Positions 47,020 through 56,451 of a stretch of 64,000 nucleotides of DNA are shown piece after piece. Position 1 is the stretch's first letter, and each line of letters opens with the position of its first letter. The DNA is from Patescibacteria group bacterium. GTDB taxonomy: Bacteria; Patescibacteriota; UBA1384; 2-12-FULL-50-11. The notes under the pieces were generated by a model. That model did not search any database. It saw only the letters and a program-made list of their open reading frames with translations, and had not been told where the DNA came from. The stretch spans positions 14,496-78,495 of the forward strand of contig JALHMV010000002.1 in the NCBI GenBank assembly GCA_022843855.1. The letters are read 5' to 3'. The position numbers and the translations under genes were made by a program.

Positions 47020-47048
47020 TTACCATTAATTGTAGTTTTTACTACAAT
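47020..47048 (+). promoter_or_regulatory. Promoter TTACCA-17-TACAAT with an 8-bp perfect palindrome (ATTGTAGT tttt ACTACAAT) overlapping the spacer and -10
   Basis: Read directly, about 50 nt upstream of the ATG at 47098. Confidence 0.35.
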
Positions 47049-47097
47049 ATTTCAACCGGTGAGTGTCACGCCGGTCGGTTCGTACAAGGAAATCGAT

Positions 47098-47256
47098 ATG
47101 GGAGTCAAACACGCAAGTCAGAAAAGGGTTGCCGCCAAGCGCAGCGAAAAGAAGCGCAACCGTCAGGCACGTCGGGCAAAACGGAAAGCCGAGCAAGAAC
47201 TGCGTATCGAAGCCGCTCGGGGTCAGCGACTAGGGGGGTCGTTCGCTCGGGGCTAA
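47098..47256 (+). CDS. Small (52 aa) highly basic protein, possibly ribosome- or nucleic-acid-associated
   Basis: RBS AAGGA; sequence MGVKHASQKRVAAKRSEKKRNRQARRAKRKAEQELR...; followed by an intrinsic terminator. Confidence 0.5.
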   Translation: MGVKHASQKRVAAKRSEKKRNRQARRAKRKAEQELRIEAARGQRLGGSFARG

Positions 47257-47285
47257 GGGCAGCCCCGCTCACAACTTCATCGGAT

Positions 47286-47320
47286 CCCCTCCGCCAGACA
47301 CGGCGCGAGGGGATTTTCTT
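47286..47320 (+). terminator. Rho-independent terminator (CCCCTCCGCC agacac GGCGCGAGGGG A TTTTCTT)
   Basis: Read directly. Confidence 0.6.
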
Positions 47321-47429
47321 TGCCTTAAATTTGTATGACTACAGGTATTACCATCGGCCGATGCTGCGTCTTACCACCAGCTAACGCCGGAGAAAAGCCG
47401 CAAATCTCATACGGACGCTTCCAATTTAA

Positions 47430-49160
47430 CTAGATCTGGATGACCACGGGAATAACCATGGGCCGACGCTGCGTCTTTTCAAACAAGAGGTCCCCGACCG
47501 ATTCGCGCAGTTCCTTCTTTAAGGATTCCCAGCTTGGCTTGCCGCGACTGGTCAGGCGGGTGTGAACGCGCTTAATCTCGGCACGAGCTTGCGAGATAAG
47601 ATCCTCCGATTCTTTCATATAGACAAAACCGCGGGAGATGATATCGGGACTGGTCAGCATCTGGCCCTTTTTGCCGTCGAGCGTCAGGATAACCAAGAAG
47701 ACGCCGTCAGCGGCCATCGTTTGACGGTCGCGCAAGACGATCTCGCCGACGTCACCGACACCGAGACCGTCAATTAATACCGAGCCGACATGAACTTTTT
47801 CGTCAGCAATTTTGCCGTTGCCCTTGAGGTCAAACTCTAAGACTTGGCCGTTTTCGATGATGAGGACGTCCTCTTCTTTAGTGCCAAGCTCGACGCAGAG
47901 CTTGCGCATCTCAACAAATCGGCGGTAATCACCGTGAATCGGAACAACGTATCTTGGCTTCACGATGTTTAAGATGTGCTTAATCTCTTCCCTGGAACCG
48001 TGACCAGATGAGTGAATGTCGAGCTCCGACTTGGTAATGACTTCAGCGCCCGCTCGGTACAAGTTGTTGATCGAGAGTTCGACGGCCCGCTCGTTGCCCG
48101 GAACGGTTGAGCTCGACAGAACGACGGTATCGCCTTTTTTGATCCGGACGTGGCGGTGTTCGCCGGCAGCCATTCGGGTCAGAGCCGAGCCTTCCTCACC
48201 CTGGGAGCCAGTACACATGACAACGATTTTATCGTCCGGCAAGCTGTTGATCGTTCGAATATCACTAATCAGGCCTTTTGGCACGTTGAGATACCCTAGA
48301 TCCATGGCGATATTGGTGTTGCGCTCCATCGAGCGACCGGCCAAAAACAGCTTGCGGCCGGTTTTGGCACAGGCATTGATGATGTGTTGAATCCGATCGA
48401 TTCGGGAAGCAAAACTCGAAACAATGACACGCCCTCGGATATCTTTGAGGACGTCTTCAAGCGACTTACTGACAACCGTTTCGCTGAGTGTGTGGCCCGG
48501 AACCAGGACGCCCGTTGAGTCAGTTAACATACAGAGCACACCGCGCTTGGACAGCTCAGCCAGCTTGTCGAAATCAGTTGGTTTGCCGAAGGCGGGGGTA
48601 AAGTCGACTTTCCAGTCGGTGGCGTGGTAAACCAAGCCAGCCGGCGTCGTAAACGCCAGGCCAAGAATATCTGGGATCGAGTGCGTCATCTGGACAGGTT
48701 CGAGCAGGAAGGCGCCGATCTGAATCTTTTGCCCCGGCAAGATGATGCGAAATTCGGCGTTGGTGATACCGTGCTCTTCAAACTTTGCCTTAATAAAGCC
48801 GGCGGTCAGCGGGGCGGTATAGATCGGGACTGGGAATTTTGGCCAGATGTACGGCATGCCGCCGATGTGGTCTTCGTGGCCGTGAGTGATGACAAAAGCG
48901 CGGATTCGGTCGCGGTTTTCTTCGAGATAGGTGGTGTCGCAGACAACGTAATCGATACCCGGCATGTCGGGGGTGGGAAACTTAACACCAGCGTCGACGA
49001 CGATGATATCACGGTCGTACTCGAAGACGAGCATGTTCTTGTCGCCGGTTTCACCGCTTCCGCCGAGCGGAATGATTCGTAGCTTCTCACCATGGCCTTG
49101 GCTGATAATTTTACCTTCGAATGGCTTGACCATCGGTTTGGCCTTAGCTGCTCGCTTCAT
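47430..49160 (-). CDS. rnj: Ribonuclease J
   Basis: Metallo-beta-lactamase HxHxDH (VITHGHEDHIGG) and beta-CASP domains. The start is set at the only in-frame ATG (MKRAAKAKPMVKPFEGK...LRIIPLGG). The ORF track extends the frame a further 128 codons to a TTG at 49544. Confidence 0.9.
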   Translation of the reverse strand: MKRAAKAKPMVKPFEGKIISQGHGEKLRIIPLGGSGETGDKNMLVFEYDRDIIVVDAGVKFPTPDMPGIDYVVCDTTYLEENRDRIRAFVITHGHEDHIGGMPYIWPKFPVPIYTAPLTAGFIKAKFEEHGITNAEFRIILPGQKIQIGAFLLEPVQMTHSIPDILGLAFTTPAGLVYHATDWKVDFTPAFGKPTDFDKLAELSKRGVLCMLTDSTGVLVPGHTLSETVVSKSLEDVLKDIRGRVIVSSFASRIDRIQHIINACAKTGRKLFLAGRSMERNTNIAMDLGYLNVPKGLISDIRTINSLPDDKIVVMCTGSQGEEGSALTRMAAGEHRHVRIKKGDTVVLSSSTVPGNERAVELSINNLYRAGAEVITKSELDIHSSGHGSREEIKHILNIVKPRYVVPIHGDYRRFVEMRKLCVELGTKEEDVLIIENGQVLEFDLKGNGKIADEKVHVGSVLIDGLGVGDVGEIVLRDRQTMAADGVFLVILTLDGKKGQMLTSPDIISRGFVYMKESEDLISQARAEIKRVHTRLTSRGKPSWESLKKELRESVGDLLFEKTQRRPMVIPVVIQI

Positions 49161-49610
49161 ATTACGGTTGCGTGCCGAACGAGTAACGCCGCCGCCGTTA
49201 TGGTGACGAGGCCGGTTGTCTATCGGTCGGCCAGTATTCTCCTTGGTTTGGCCATCCGGATTAGCCGGGGTAGTTGGAGCGTCGACAGTGGGGCGCGAGA
49301 GCGCTAGACCGTTATGACTGCGGTCGCGGTGCACTGGTCGTGGTCGATTATTGTGGCGGCGGTTACGCCCCCGGTTTTGGTCGCTGTTTGGTCGTGGGCC
49401 TCTCTTTTGAAAGTTGGGCTGCAGGACTGAACCAGCGTCGCTGATATCTACCAGATCGCGGTTATTAGTTGGCGCATCAGTAGCGTCGCTGTTAGTTTCG
49501 GTCAAAGTACATTCCTTTCTATGAATCTTTCTAAATGGTGACAACTTCGTGGGGAGTACAGAAGTAGTCCGCTTATGTACAAGCTATTATGCACGGAACC
49601 GCGCTGAAAG

Positions 49611-50183
49611 TCAATCGCTCGGCGCTATCTCGTCCATATACTCCGGGATTTTTGAAAAGTCGTCGAGAAGCGTCTGGCGCATACCGCCATTGTATAAAGC
49701 GGCAGCAGGGTGGTAGAGCGGCAGGTATTGTTGGCCGTCTTTTTCAATCAGTTGGCCGTGAATTTGACTGATCGTTTTACCTATGTCCCCCAAGAACGCG
49801 CCCATCGAATGCCGGCCTAAAAAGCAGATAAGCTTGGGCTGAATAATCGCAATCTGCTTTTTGAGAAACGGTAGCTGCAAGGCGATCTCATCTGGTTCGG
49901 GATCGCGGTTCCCCGGCGGTTGGTATTTAATAATATTGGCGATAAAGACGTCTTCGCGCTCCAACCCGATCGAATTGAGCATCTCTTCTAAGAACTTGCC
50001 GGCGGCGCCGACAAACGGCCGGCCAGTTTCGTTCTCTTTGGCACCAGGCGCTTCACCGATAAACATAATCTCGGCGTCCGGGTTGCCCTCGCCGGGCACC
50101 GGATTCTGATTAGGTACGTATTTGCACCGCTCGCAGGCAGCGATCCGTTTAGCAACTTCGGCCAACGCTTCTTCTTTAGTCAT
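49611..50183 (-). CDS. Uracil-DNA glycosylase, family 4
   Basis: CERCKYVPNQNPVPGEGNPDAEIMFIGEAPG...GRPFVGAAGKFL motifs. Confidence 0.85.
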   Translation of the reverse strand: MTKEEALAEVAKRIAACERCKYVPNQNPVPGEGNPDAEIMFIGEAPGAKENETGRPFVGAAGKFLEEMLNSIGLEREDVFIANIIKYQPPGNRDPEPDEIALQLPFLKKQIAIIQPKLICFLGRHSMGAFLGDIGKTISQIHGQLIEKDGQQYLPLYHPAAALYNGGMRQTLLDDFSKIPEYMDEIAPSD

Positions 50184-50293
50184 TCTTCGTTATTGCGAGC
50201 ACACCGCCAGAAAGCACGTCATACGGTGAGTATGTTGCTGGTATACCAAAAAGAAAACGAGGCGGGTAGCCTCGTTTCAAAAGAACGATCGCT

Positions 50294-51373
50294 TTACGGA
50301 CGGCGGCGCCTGGCGACAGCGATGAGGACCGCCAGTCCGATGAGCCCGCTCGGTTCGGGAACCGGTGTCATCAGGTACGGACGAACGAACCCCTCATACA
50401 CGCCGGTGCCGACGATCTGTCCGCGGTCGTTAACGTCGCTGGCCGCCAGGAGCCGCCAGCCCGCGCGCGGATCAATCAAGCTCTCGAGCGCGACGACCTG
50501 GCCAGATCGCCAGAGACAAGGGGTAGTGAGGCCACCCCAGTAGATCGTCTCACCGACGATCAGCCCACCCTCGTTGATCGCGTGGGCCCGAGATCCCACC
50601 CCGCCGGGCAGTAGACCGAGGTCGCCGCCGCTCCCGTCCTGCCACCAGAAAGCTCGATCGTAATCCCAGAGATACCACCCAACGACTCGGCCGGCTTCGG
50701 TAATACCCGTCGCGTGGTGCTCGCGACTACCGAACCCGAAACCGGTGATCGTTTGGCCGCGCCAAACGAAGGCTTCCAGTTCGTTGGTTGCTCGGTTTTC
50801 GTTCTGTCCAACGATATCGCCGTGATCGTTACTCCCACCGACGGTACTGGAGAGGAAGTCGTAGAAGTCCGCTAAGCGGAATCCGCCCTCTCGAGGCCAG
50901 GCGATCGCCCGACTGACGGTTCGCCAACCGCCGTGCGGATGCTGAACGGTATGCCAGCTATTGCCGGCGGCCTGACCGTCGCGATTGACGGTGACGGCTT
51001 CGCTGCCTCGGGGAAGCGGCCAGTTTGGTTCCGGCAGGTGAAAGGCAACGCCGCCTTCCCAGGCAACGGCGGCGCTCCGATCGGGAAAGGTGTATTGGGC
51101 GGCGCCGACGACGCGAGCGGCGTCATTAATGTCTCGAGCGAGCGTCCCGACGCTACCTGGGACAGTCAGCCAAGTCGTCCGACCGTTCTCCCAAACGAAA
51201 GCTTGTGGTCGACTGCCAACAGTCGCTTGACGATAGCCGACGACTTGACCGACGTTATTGACCGCCGTCGCGGCGCTCGACCAGCCGCCGACTTCAAGAC
51301 CGGTAACAACGTAGGCCTGCCCCCAAGAGATCAGCGGCCCCAGAACGAGGGTGGAGAGAAGGACTCGTCTCAT
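50294..51373 (-). CDS. PEP-CTERM sorting-domain protein with HAF-family extracellular repeats
   Basis: Signal MRRVLLSTLVLGPLISWGQA; at least seven repeats of the form N-x-x-G-Q-V-V-G; C-terminal VPEPSGLIGLAVLIAVARRRRP (PEP motif, transmembrane segment, Arg cluster). Start taken at the ATG at 51373. Confidence 0.7.
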   Translation of the reverse strand: MRRVLLSTLVLGPLISWGQAYVVTGLEVGGWSSAATAVNNVGQVVGYRQATVGSRPQAFVWENGRTTWLTVPGSVGTLARDINDAARVVGAAQYTFPDRSAAVAWEGGVAFHLPEPNWPLPRGSEAVTVNRDGQAAGNSWHTVQHPHGGWRTVSRAIAWPREGGFRLADFYDFLSSTVGGSNDHGDIVGQNENRATNELEAFVWRGQTITGFGFGSREHHATGITEAGRVVGWYLWDYDRAFWWQDGSGGDLGLLPGGVGSRAHAINEGGLIVGETIYWGGLTTPCLWRSGQVVALESLIDPRAGWRLLAASDVNDRGQIVGTGVYEGFVRPYLMTPVPEPSGLIGLAVLIAVARRRRP

Positions 51374-51608
51374 GATTGTGCTCCAGATTGACAAAGGGCA
51401 CGACCCCAAACGAACGGAATCGTCCTTCCACTCTAGCATCCGTCGCAGCAAGCGCGATATCCCAAACCGATACGAATCGGTAGCGCTCCTCAGCTCGAGC
51501 GGTGAGCGGGAACGTCGATCAACCAATTCGAACGAGTGAGATGCGTTCGGACGCTATCAAGCCCGTACCCAGATAGCCCGCCGCTCGCCAGAAAGCCACA
51601 GGATAAAC

Positions 51609-53714
51609 TTACCCGATACGCACTAACGAGATTCGACCCCTCTCTGAATCGACGTCCTTGATCCGAACCTTAATCCGGTCACCAATTTTGACCACATCAG
51701 AGACTTTTTGAACAAATTGGCCGTTCAAGCCAAGACTCGAGACGTGAACCATACCGTCGCGGTTTGGCCCAAGCGTAACGATCGCGCCGATCTCGTTGCC
51801 GCGGATCTTATCTTTCACGATCGAAACGACTTCCCCCTCAAACTCTTCGCCGACCTTCGGCGGAATACCGATCGATTCGACGATCTTTTTGACGCGCTCG
51901 GCTTTCTCAGCGTCAGCGGAGGTAATCATGACCGAGCCGTCGTCATCGATATCAATATTCAAGACTTCGCGGCCGCCCTCGGCGTCGATAATACCGTTAA
52001 TCATTTTGCCGCCTGGGCCGATCAGCTCGCCGATCTTCTCCGGATCGATTGTGGTGACGATAATGCGCGGCGCGAATTTGGAAAGTTCTTTTTTCGGTGC
52101 TGGTAGCGTCTTTTCGATCACGTCCATAATCTGCATCCGCGCTGTATAGGCTTTGGCAAACGTATCGCGAATCATCGCTTCGGTGAGGCCTTTGTTCTTG
52201 ACGTCAAGCTGAATCGCGGTAATGCCGTCGCGGGTGCCAGCGATTTTGAAGTCCATCTCCCCGGCAAAGTCCTCTAGGCCCTGAAGGTCAGTTAGCACCT
52301 GAAATTCGTCGTCGGTCTTTCCTGTCACCAAACCCATCGCGATACCAGCGACTGGCTTTTCGATCGGGACGCCGGCCGCCATGAGCGACAGCGTCGAACC
52401 GACAACCGCCGCCATCGAGGTTGAGCCGTTGGAGCCCATGATCTCACTGACAACCCGAATCGTGTACGGAAACTCGTCGCGAGCCGGGATAACGGGAACG
52501 AGCGCTTTTTCGGCTAAGGCCCCGTGACCGATCTCGCGGCGACCGGTGCCAAGGCGACGAACCTCACCCGTTGAGTACGGCGGAAAGTTGTAGTGGTGGA
52601 TGTAGCGCTTTTTCCAAAGCGAATCCAAGCCCTCAACCCACTGCTCGTCGCTTGGGCCGGCCAGAGTCGTGATCGTCAGCGAACTGGTCTCCCCGCGACT
52701 GAAGAGCGCGGAACCATGGACGCGCGGCAGAAGATCGATCTCAGCCGAAAGCTCGCGAACCTCATCCATTCCTCGGCCATCAGGACGTTTTTTGTCATCG
52801 ATAATCAACGACTTAATCGCTTTAAAGTACGCGGCTTCAACGGCGCTTTTAATCTCTTGGGCTTCAAACTTTTCGCCGAGTTCCTCGAGCGCTTGTGTTG
52901 TGATAGCTGACACTAGGTCTTCTCGCTTGTCGTAATCGGTCTCGGTAACAGCTTTGGCCAGATCTTTGCCGAATTTTTCTTTTACCAAGCCGTACGATTC
53001 TGGCTCAGTGTACTGAGAATCTTCTTTAGCCCCCCCGACAAATTCGCCCTGTGGAGCGTTGGCGGCCTTGAGCCCCTCGAGACCGACCATCATCGCCTCG
53101 ATCATCTCTTCTTCTGGCATCTCCAAGCTGGCAGCTTCGATCATGTTGATCTTTGTGTCCGAGCCAGCGACCAATAGGTCGAGTGTACTGTCTTCGAGCT
53201 GCGTGTTGGTTGGATTGAGAACGAGTGAGCCGTTGATCTTGGCAACTCGAACGGCAGCGATCGGACCTTCAAACGGCGCATCGGTCTGCAGTAGCGCACA
53301 CGACGCACCGACAACCGCTAGAGCCGACGGATCGTGCTCACCGTCGTACGACAGGGTCGTAACGATGATCTGAACGTCGCGACGGAAACTTTTCGGAAAC
53401 ATCGGTCGGATCGAGCGGTCGATGAGGCGGCCACGTAAGACAGATTCGTCAGATGGCTTATTTTCGCGCTTCATAAACTTCGAGCTCGAGATCTTACCAG
53501 CAGCGTAGAACCGCTCTTCGTAATCGACTGTTAACGGAAAGAAGTCCGTTCCTTCTTTCGCCGTTTTCGCGATTGTCGCCGTTACCAGCACAACCGTTTC
53601 CCCGTCCGTTACCGTCACTGCGCCGCTGGCGCGGCGAGCTAACTTACCGCTCTCCGCAATAATTTCGCGATCACCAAAAGGAATGGCGACGCGCTTGATC
53701 TTCGCTTCTTTCAT
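51609..53714 (-). CDS. pnp: Polyribonucleotide nucleotidyltransferase (PNPase)
   Basis: Two RNase PH domains followed by KH and S1 domains; 701 aa. Confidence 0.95.
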   Translation of the reverse strand: MKEAKIKRVAIPFGDREIIAESGKLARRASGAVTVTDGETVVLVTATIAKTAKEGTDFFPLTVDYEERFYAAGKISSSKFMKRENKPSDESVLRGRLIDRSIRPMFPKSFRRDVQIIVTTLSYDGEHDPSALAVVGASCALLQTDAPFEGPIAAVRVAKINGSLVLNPTNTQLEDSTLDLLVAGSDTKINMIEAASLEMPEEEMIEAMMVGLEGLKAANAPQGEFVGGAKEDSQYTEPESYGLVKEKFGKDLAKAVTETDYDKREDLVSAITTQALEELGEKFEAQEIKSAVEAAYFKAIKSLIIDDKKRPDGRGMDEVRELSAEIDLLPRVHGSALFSRGETSSLTITTLAGPSDEQWVEGLDSLWKKRYIHHYNFPPYSTGEVRRLGTGRREIGHGALAEKALVPVIPARDEFPYTIRVVSEIMGSNGSTSMAAVVGSTLSLMAAGVPIEKPVAGIAMGLVTGKTDDEFQVLTDLQGLEDFAGEMDFKIAGTRDGITAIQLDVKNKGLTEAMIRDTFAKAYTARMQIMDVIEKTLPAPKKELSKFAPRIIVTTIDPEKIGELIGPGGKMINGIIDAEGGREVLNIDIDDDGSVMITSADAEKAERVKKIVESIGIPPKVGEEFEGEVVSIVKDKIRGNEIGAIVTLGPNRDGMVHVSSLGLNGQFVQKVSDVVKIGDRIKVRIKDVDSERGRISLVRIG

Positions 53715-53743
53715 TACTTTCTCCCTAACTAGTTAGACTACCC

Positions 53744-54151
53744 TTACTTACGCAACCCCAGCTGAGCAATGAGGCTTTTGTAACGCTCGTTGCTTTTTTT
53801 CTCAAGGTAATTGAGTAGGCTGCGACGCTGGCCGATCATCTTCAGCAGGCCCATACGACTGTCATGGTCCTTTTTGTGCCCCTGAAGGTGCTTGGTGAGA
53901 GCATTAATCTTCTCGGTCAATACCGCAACCTGGACATCCGTCGACCCGGTGTCGTTATCGTGAGCTTGATACTTCTTAATAACCTTGGCTGTTTTGTTAT
54001 TGGCTTTCGGCGCTGCTTTCTTGGCAACGGCTTTAGGCGCAACCTCAACAGCTGGTTCGGCCGCGATCACCGGTTCGACGACTTCGGCCTCTTTTTTGGA
54101 GACCTTCTTGGCAACTGGCTTCTTAGCGGCTTTTTCTTTCTTCTCGCTCAT
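53744..54151 (-). CDS. rpsO: 30S ribosomal protein S15 with a roughly 50-aa Lys/Ala-rich N-terminal extension
   Basis: C-terminal 85 aa match bS15 ([50 protein letters not shown]). The N-terminus [20 protein letters not shown]... is in frame with no internal ATG. Confidence 0.8.
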   Translation of the reverse strand: MSEKKEKAAKKPVAKKVSKKEAEVVEPVIAAEPAVEVAPKAVAKKAAPKANNKTAKVIKKYQAHDNDTGSTDVQVAVLTEKINALTKHLQGHKKDHDSRMGLLKMIGQRRSLLNYLEKKSNERYKSLIAQLGLRK

Positions 54152-54185
54152 GTGTGTTTTATTTTAACAAAGACGGGTCTGTTGT

Positions 54186-55373
54186 TCAACCAGTCGAACT
54201 GGTCCGTTGTTCACCCGGCAGCTTTTCGCCGTTGGGAACGCGCCAGTGGCGAATGGTATTAAGGATCGTTTCTTCTTTTTCTTGAATCGTCCCCTTCACT
54301 CGAAAACCGCTCGCCGCCGCGTGGCCGCCGCCGCCGAACAAACCGGCAATCTCGGAGACGTTACAGGTTGGGTTAATCGAACGCAGGTTGCCACGGACTT
54401 CGCCGTCACGATCGGTCAACAAGAGTGCAAAATCGGCGTCGCCGACGGACTTGGCCAACTCGTTTGCCAAACCAGAGCTCTCGCCAGCGCCGCCGCCGGT
54501 CTCGGCCATATCGGTTTCCGTGATCGTCGACCAGATGAATTTGTGCTTCTGATCCTGCTGAACTTTGGCGAGCATGCGACCCCATAGCCGCATTCGGGGC
54601 AGGGTGATAGAACGATAGATGCGCTCGATAATCTCCTGCTGACGCGCGCCCGCCGCTACCAACTGCGCCGCGACGGTCAGCGACTTAGGGGTCGGCCGAT
54701 GTTGGAAGCTCCCGGTATCAGTAATCAGCCCGGTTAGTAAGCAGGTGGCGATATCGGCATCAAGGAGCGGCTCGTCGCGACCGAGCGATTCAACGAGCGA
54801 AACCAGAATCTCACACGTCGACGTAGCGGTCAGATCGACCCAGTTAACCTTGGCGAAGTGATTGTTGTCGGCGTGATGGTCGATGCTAATTGTCGGTACT
54901 TCGTAAAACAGGTCAGCGAACTGATCTTTGAGCGGACCGATTCGGTCAAGGTTAGAACAGTCGAGCATGACGATAAGGTCGTACTTAGGAAGCGACGACT
55001 CGATCGTTACGTCTTCTGGCTTTAGGCTCCCGCGCGGTGGCGTCACAATAATCTTGATTCGGTGCTCGTCTGGAAGTTTTTTATAACCAAGCTGCAGCTC
55101 CTCACCTGTCTGGCGCGTATCGACGGTTAAAACAAGGTCGTTACTGCCAACCAGCTCGGTTTTTGCCTGGTCGTAGCCTGGCAAGTACGAGAAAACGTCG
55201 CCGATCGTACCCTGAAAAACGGTATCAACCGTTTTACCGAGCTTGAGAAGCGCTAAATGAAGCGCAAGCGCCGAGCCAAGAGCGTCGCCGTCCGGGTCTC
55301 GGTGCGTCAAAATCAGTACTGTTTTCGCCTGCTTAATTAGCTCTACCGCTTGGGCCTTGGGCGTTGTTTCCAT
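54186..55373 (-). CDS. nrnA: DHH-family phosphoesterase (NrnA-like bifunctional oligoribonuclease/pAp phosphatase)
   Basis: DPDGDALGSALAL, DHH (IDHHADN) and GGGH motifs. The start is set at the internal ATG (METTPKAQAVELI), because the longer ORF overlaps rpsT on the other strand. Confidence 0.75.
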   Translation of the reverse strand: METTPKAQAVELIKQAKTVLILTHRDPDGDALGSALALHLALLKLGKTVDTVFQGTIGDVFSYLPGYDQAKTELVGSNDLVLTVDTRQTGEELQLGYKKLPDEHRIKIIVTPPRGSLKPEDVTIESSLPKYDLIVMLDCSNLDRIGPLKDQFADLFYEVPTISIDHHADNNHFAKVNWVDLTATSTCEILVSLVESLGRDEPLLDADIATCLLTGLITDTGSFQHRPTPKSLTVAAQLVAAGARQQEIIERIYRSITLPRMRLWGRMLAKVQQDQKHKFIWSTITETDMAETGGGAGESSGLANELAKSVGDADFALLLTDRDGEVRGNLRSINPTCNVSEIAGLFGGGGHAAASGFRVKGTIQEKEETILNTIRHWRVPNGEKLPGEQRTSSTG

Positions 55374-55476
55374 GTCTTGTGCAGTATAGCGCCCAACAGA
55401 GAAAAAGCAAGACTCCAAAGACCGATAGTGAAAGGGTTTACAGGTAAGGCAGCGACCGGTATAATTCTTGCTAGAA

Positions 55477-55812
55477 ATGCCAATTTCTAAGTCCGCCAAA
55501 AAAGCCCTCCGCGTCGCCGAGAAGAAGACCGAAATCAACCGTCGCCGCAAAACTGCCCTCAAGTCCAGCTTGAAGGGTGTTTCAACCAGCACGATTAGCA
55601 AGGCTTTTTCGATGATCGATAAGGCTGCTAAGTGGGGCATCATCGAGCCAAATAAAGCTGCTCGGATGAAGTCCCAGCTCGCCAAGCAGGTTGGTTCGAC
55701 CCCCGCCGCTGACAAGTCAACCAAGGCTACTCCCAAGAAGTCGGCCAAGACAGCTACTCCAAAAAAGACCGCCACACCAAAGCCCGCCTCCAAGAAAACG
55801 ACCAAAAAGTAA
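55477..55812 (+). CDS. rpsT: 30S ribosomal protein S20 with a Lys/Thr/Pro-rich C-terminal extension
   Basis: MPISKSAKKALRVAEKKTEINRRRKTALKSSLK matches the bS20 N-terminus. The tail is ...KATPKKSAKTATPKKTATPKPASKKTTKK. A TATAAT box lies upstream. Confidence 0.8.
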   Translation: MPISKSAKKALRVAEKKTEINRRRKTALKSSLKGVSTSTISKAFSMIDKAAKWGIIEPNKAARMKSQLAKQVGSTPAADKSTKATPKKSAKTATPKKTATPKPASKKTTKK

Positions 55813-55849
55813 CGTGGCCGCCTCCGTCGGAATACCGTAGAGTAGATCT

Positions 55850-56410
55850 ATGCGATCGACGGGCTTTTTGGGCGCCTCAACAACTTTTTTCGAAATAACC
55901 AAATATCTCCTTCTGGCGGTTGTTCTAATCGCCGCTATCTTTACGCTCGTCGGCGTGCCGCTCCTTATCGAAGGTGTGAGCATGCAACCCAACTTTAAAA
56001 CCGGTGAGATCGTCGTCATCGAACGCCTCAGCTATCTGGGCGATAGGCCAGTAAAGCGCGGCGACGTTGTGGCCGCTACGTTTCCCGGCGACCCGAAGCG
56101 AACCCGCCTCATTAAACGCGTCATCGGCCTCCCGGGCGAAACGGTGACGCTTGTGAACGGTCGATTTAGCATCAACAACCAACCTCTGACAGAAATATAC
56201 GACATCACCCCCGGCACGCCGCCGTACCAGGAATTGGAGACGGTACTCCTCAAGGCAGACGAATACTTTCTATCTGGCGATAATCGGCCAGGTTCCTCAG
56301 ATTCACGCTTGTGGGGACCGGTCACCCGCGCCGATATACAAGGCCGCGCAAGCTACGTTGTTTGGCCGCTTCGGTCGGTCCGGTACGTTGATCGGTTGAT
56401 GCCACGTTAG
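55850..56410 (+). CDS. lepB: Signal peptidase I (S26 family)
   Basis: Transmembrane anchor, catalytic Ser (SMQPNF) and Lys (RLIKRVIGLPGE) boxes, C-terminal GDNRPGSSDSRLWG. Confidence 0.88.
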   Translation: MRSTGFLGASTTFFEITKYLLLAVVLIAAIFTLVGVPLLIEGVSMQPNFKTGEIVVIERLSYLGDRPVKRGDVVAATFPGDPKRTRLIKRVIGLPGETVTLVNGRFSINNQPLTEIYDITPGTPPYQELETVLLKADEYFLSGDNRPGSSDSRLWGPVTRADIQGRASYVVWPLRSVRYVDRLMPR

Positions 56411-56451
56411 CTGACAGGAAATACTGAAAGCTCTACTCAGGCGGCTCTTTG

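Noticed and set aside
55374-55805. N-terminal 144-codon extension of the DHH phosphoesterase ORF
   Set aside because: It overlaps the well-supported rpsT gene on the opposite strand. The conserved DHH-family N-terminus begins at the internal ATG at 55373.
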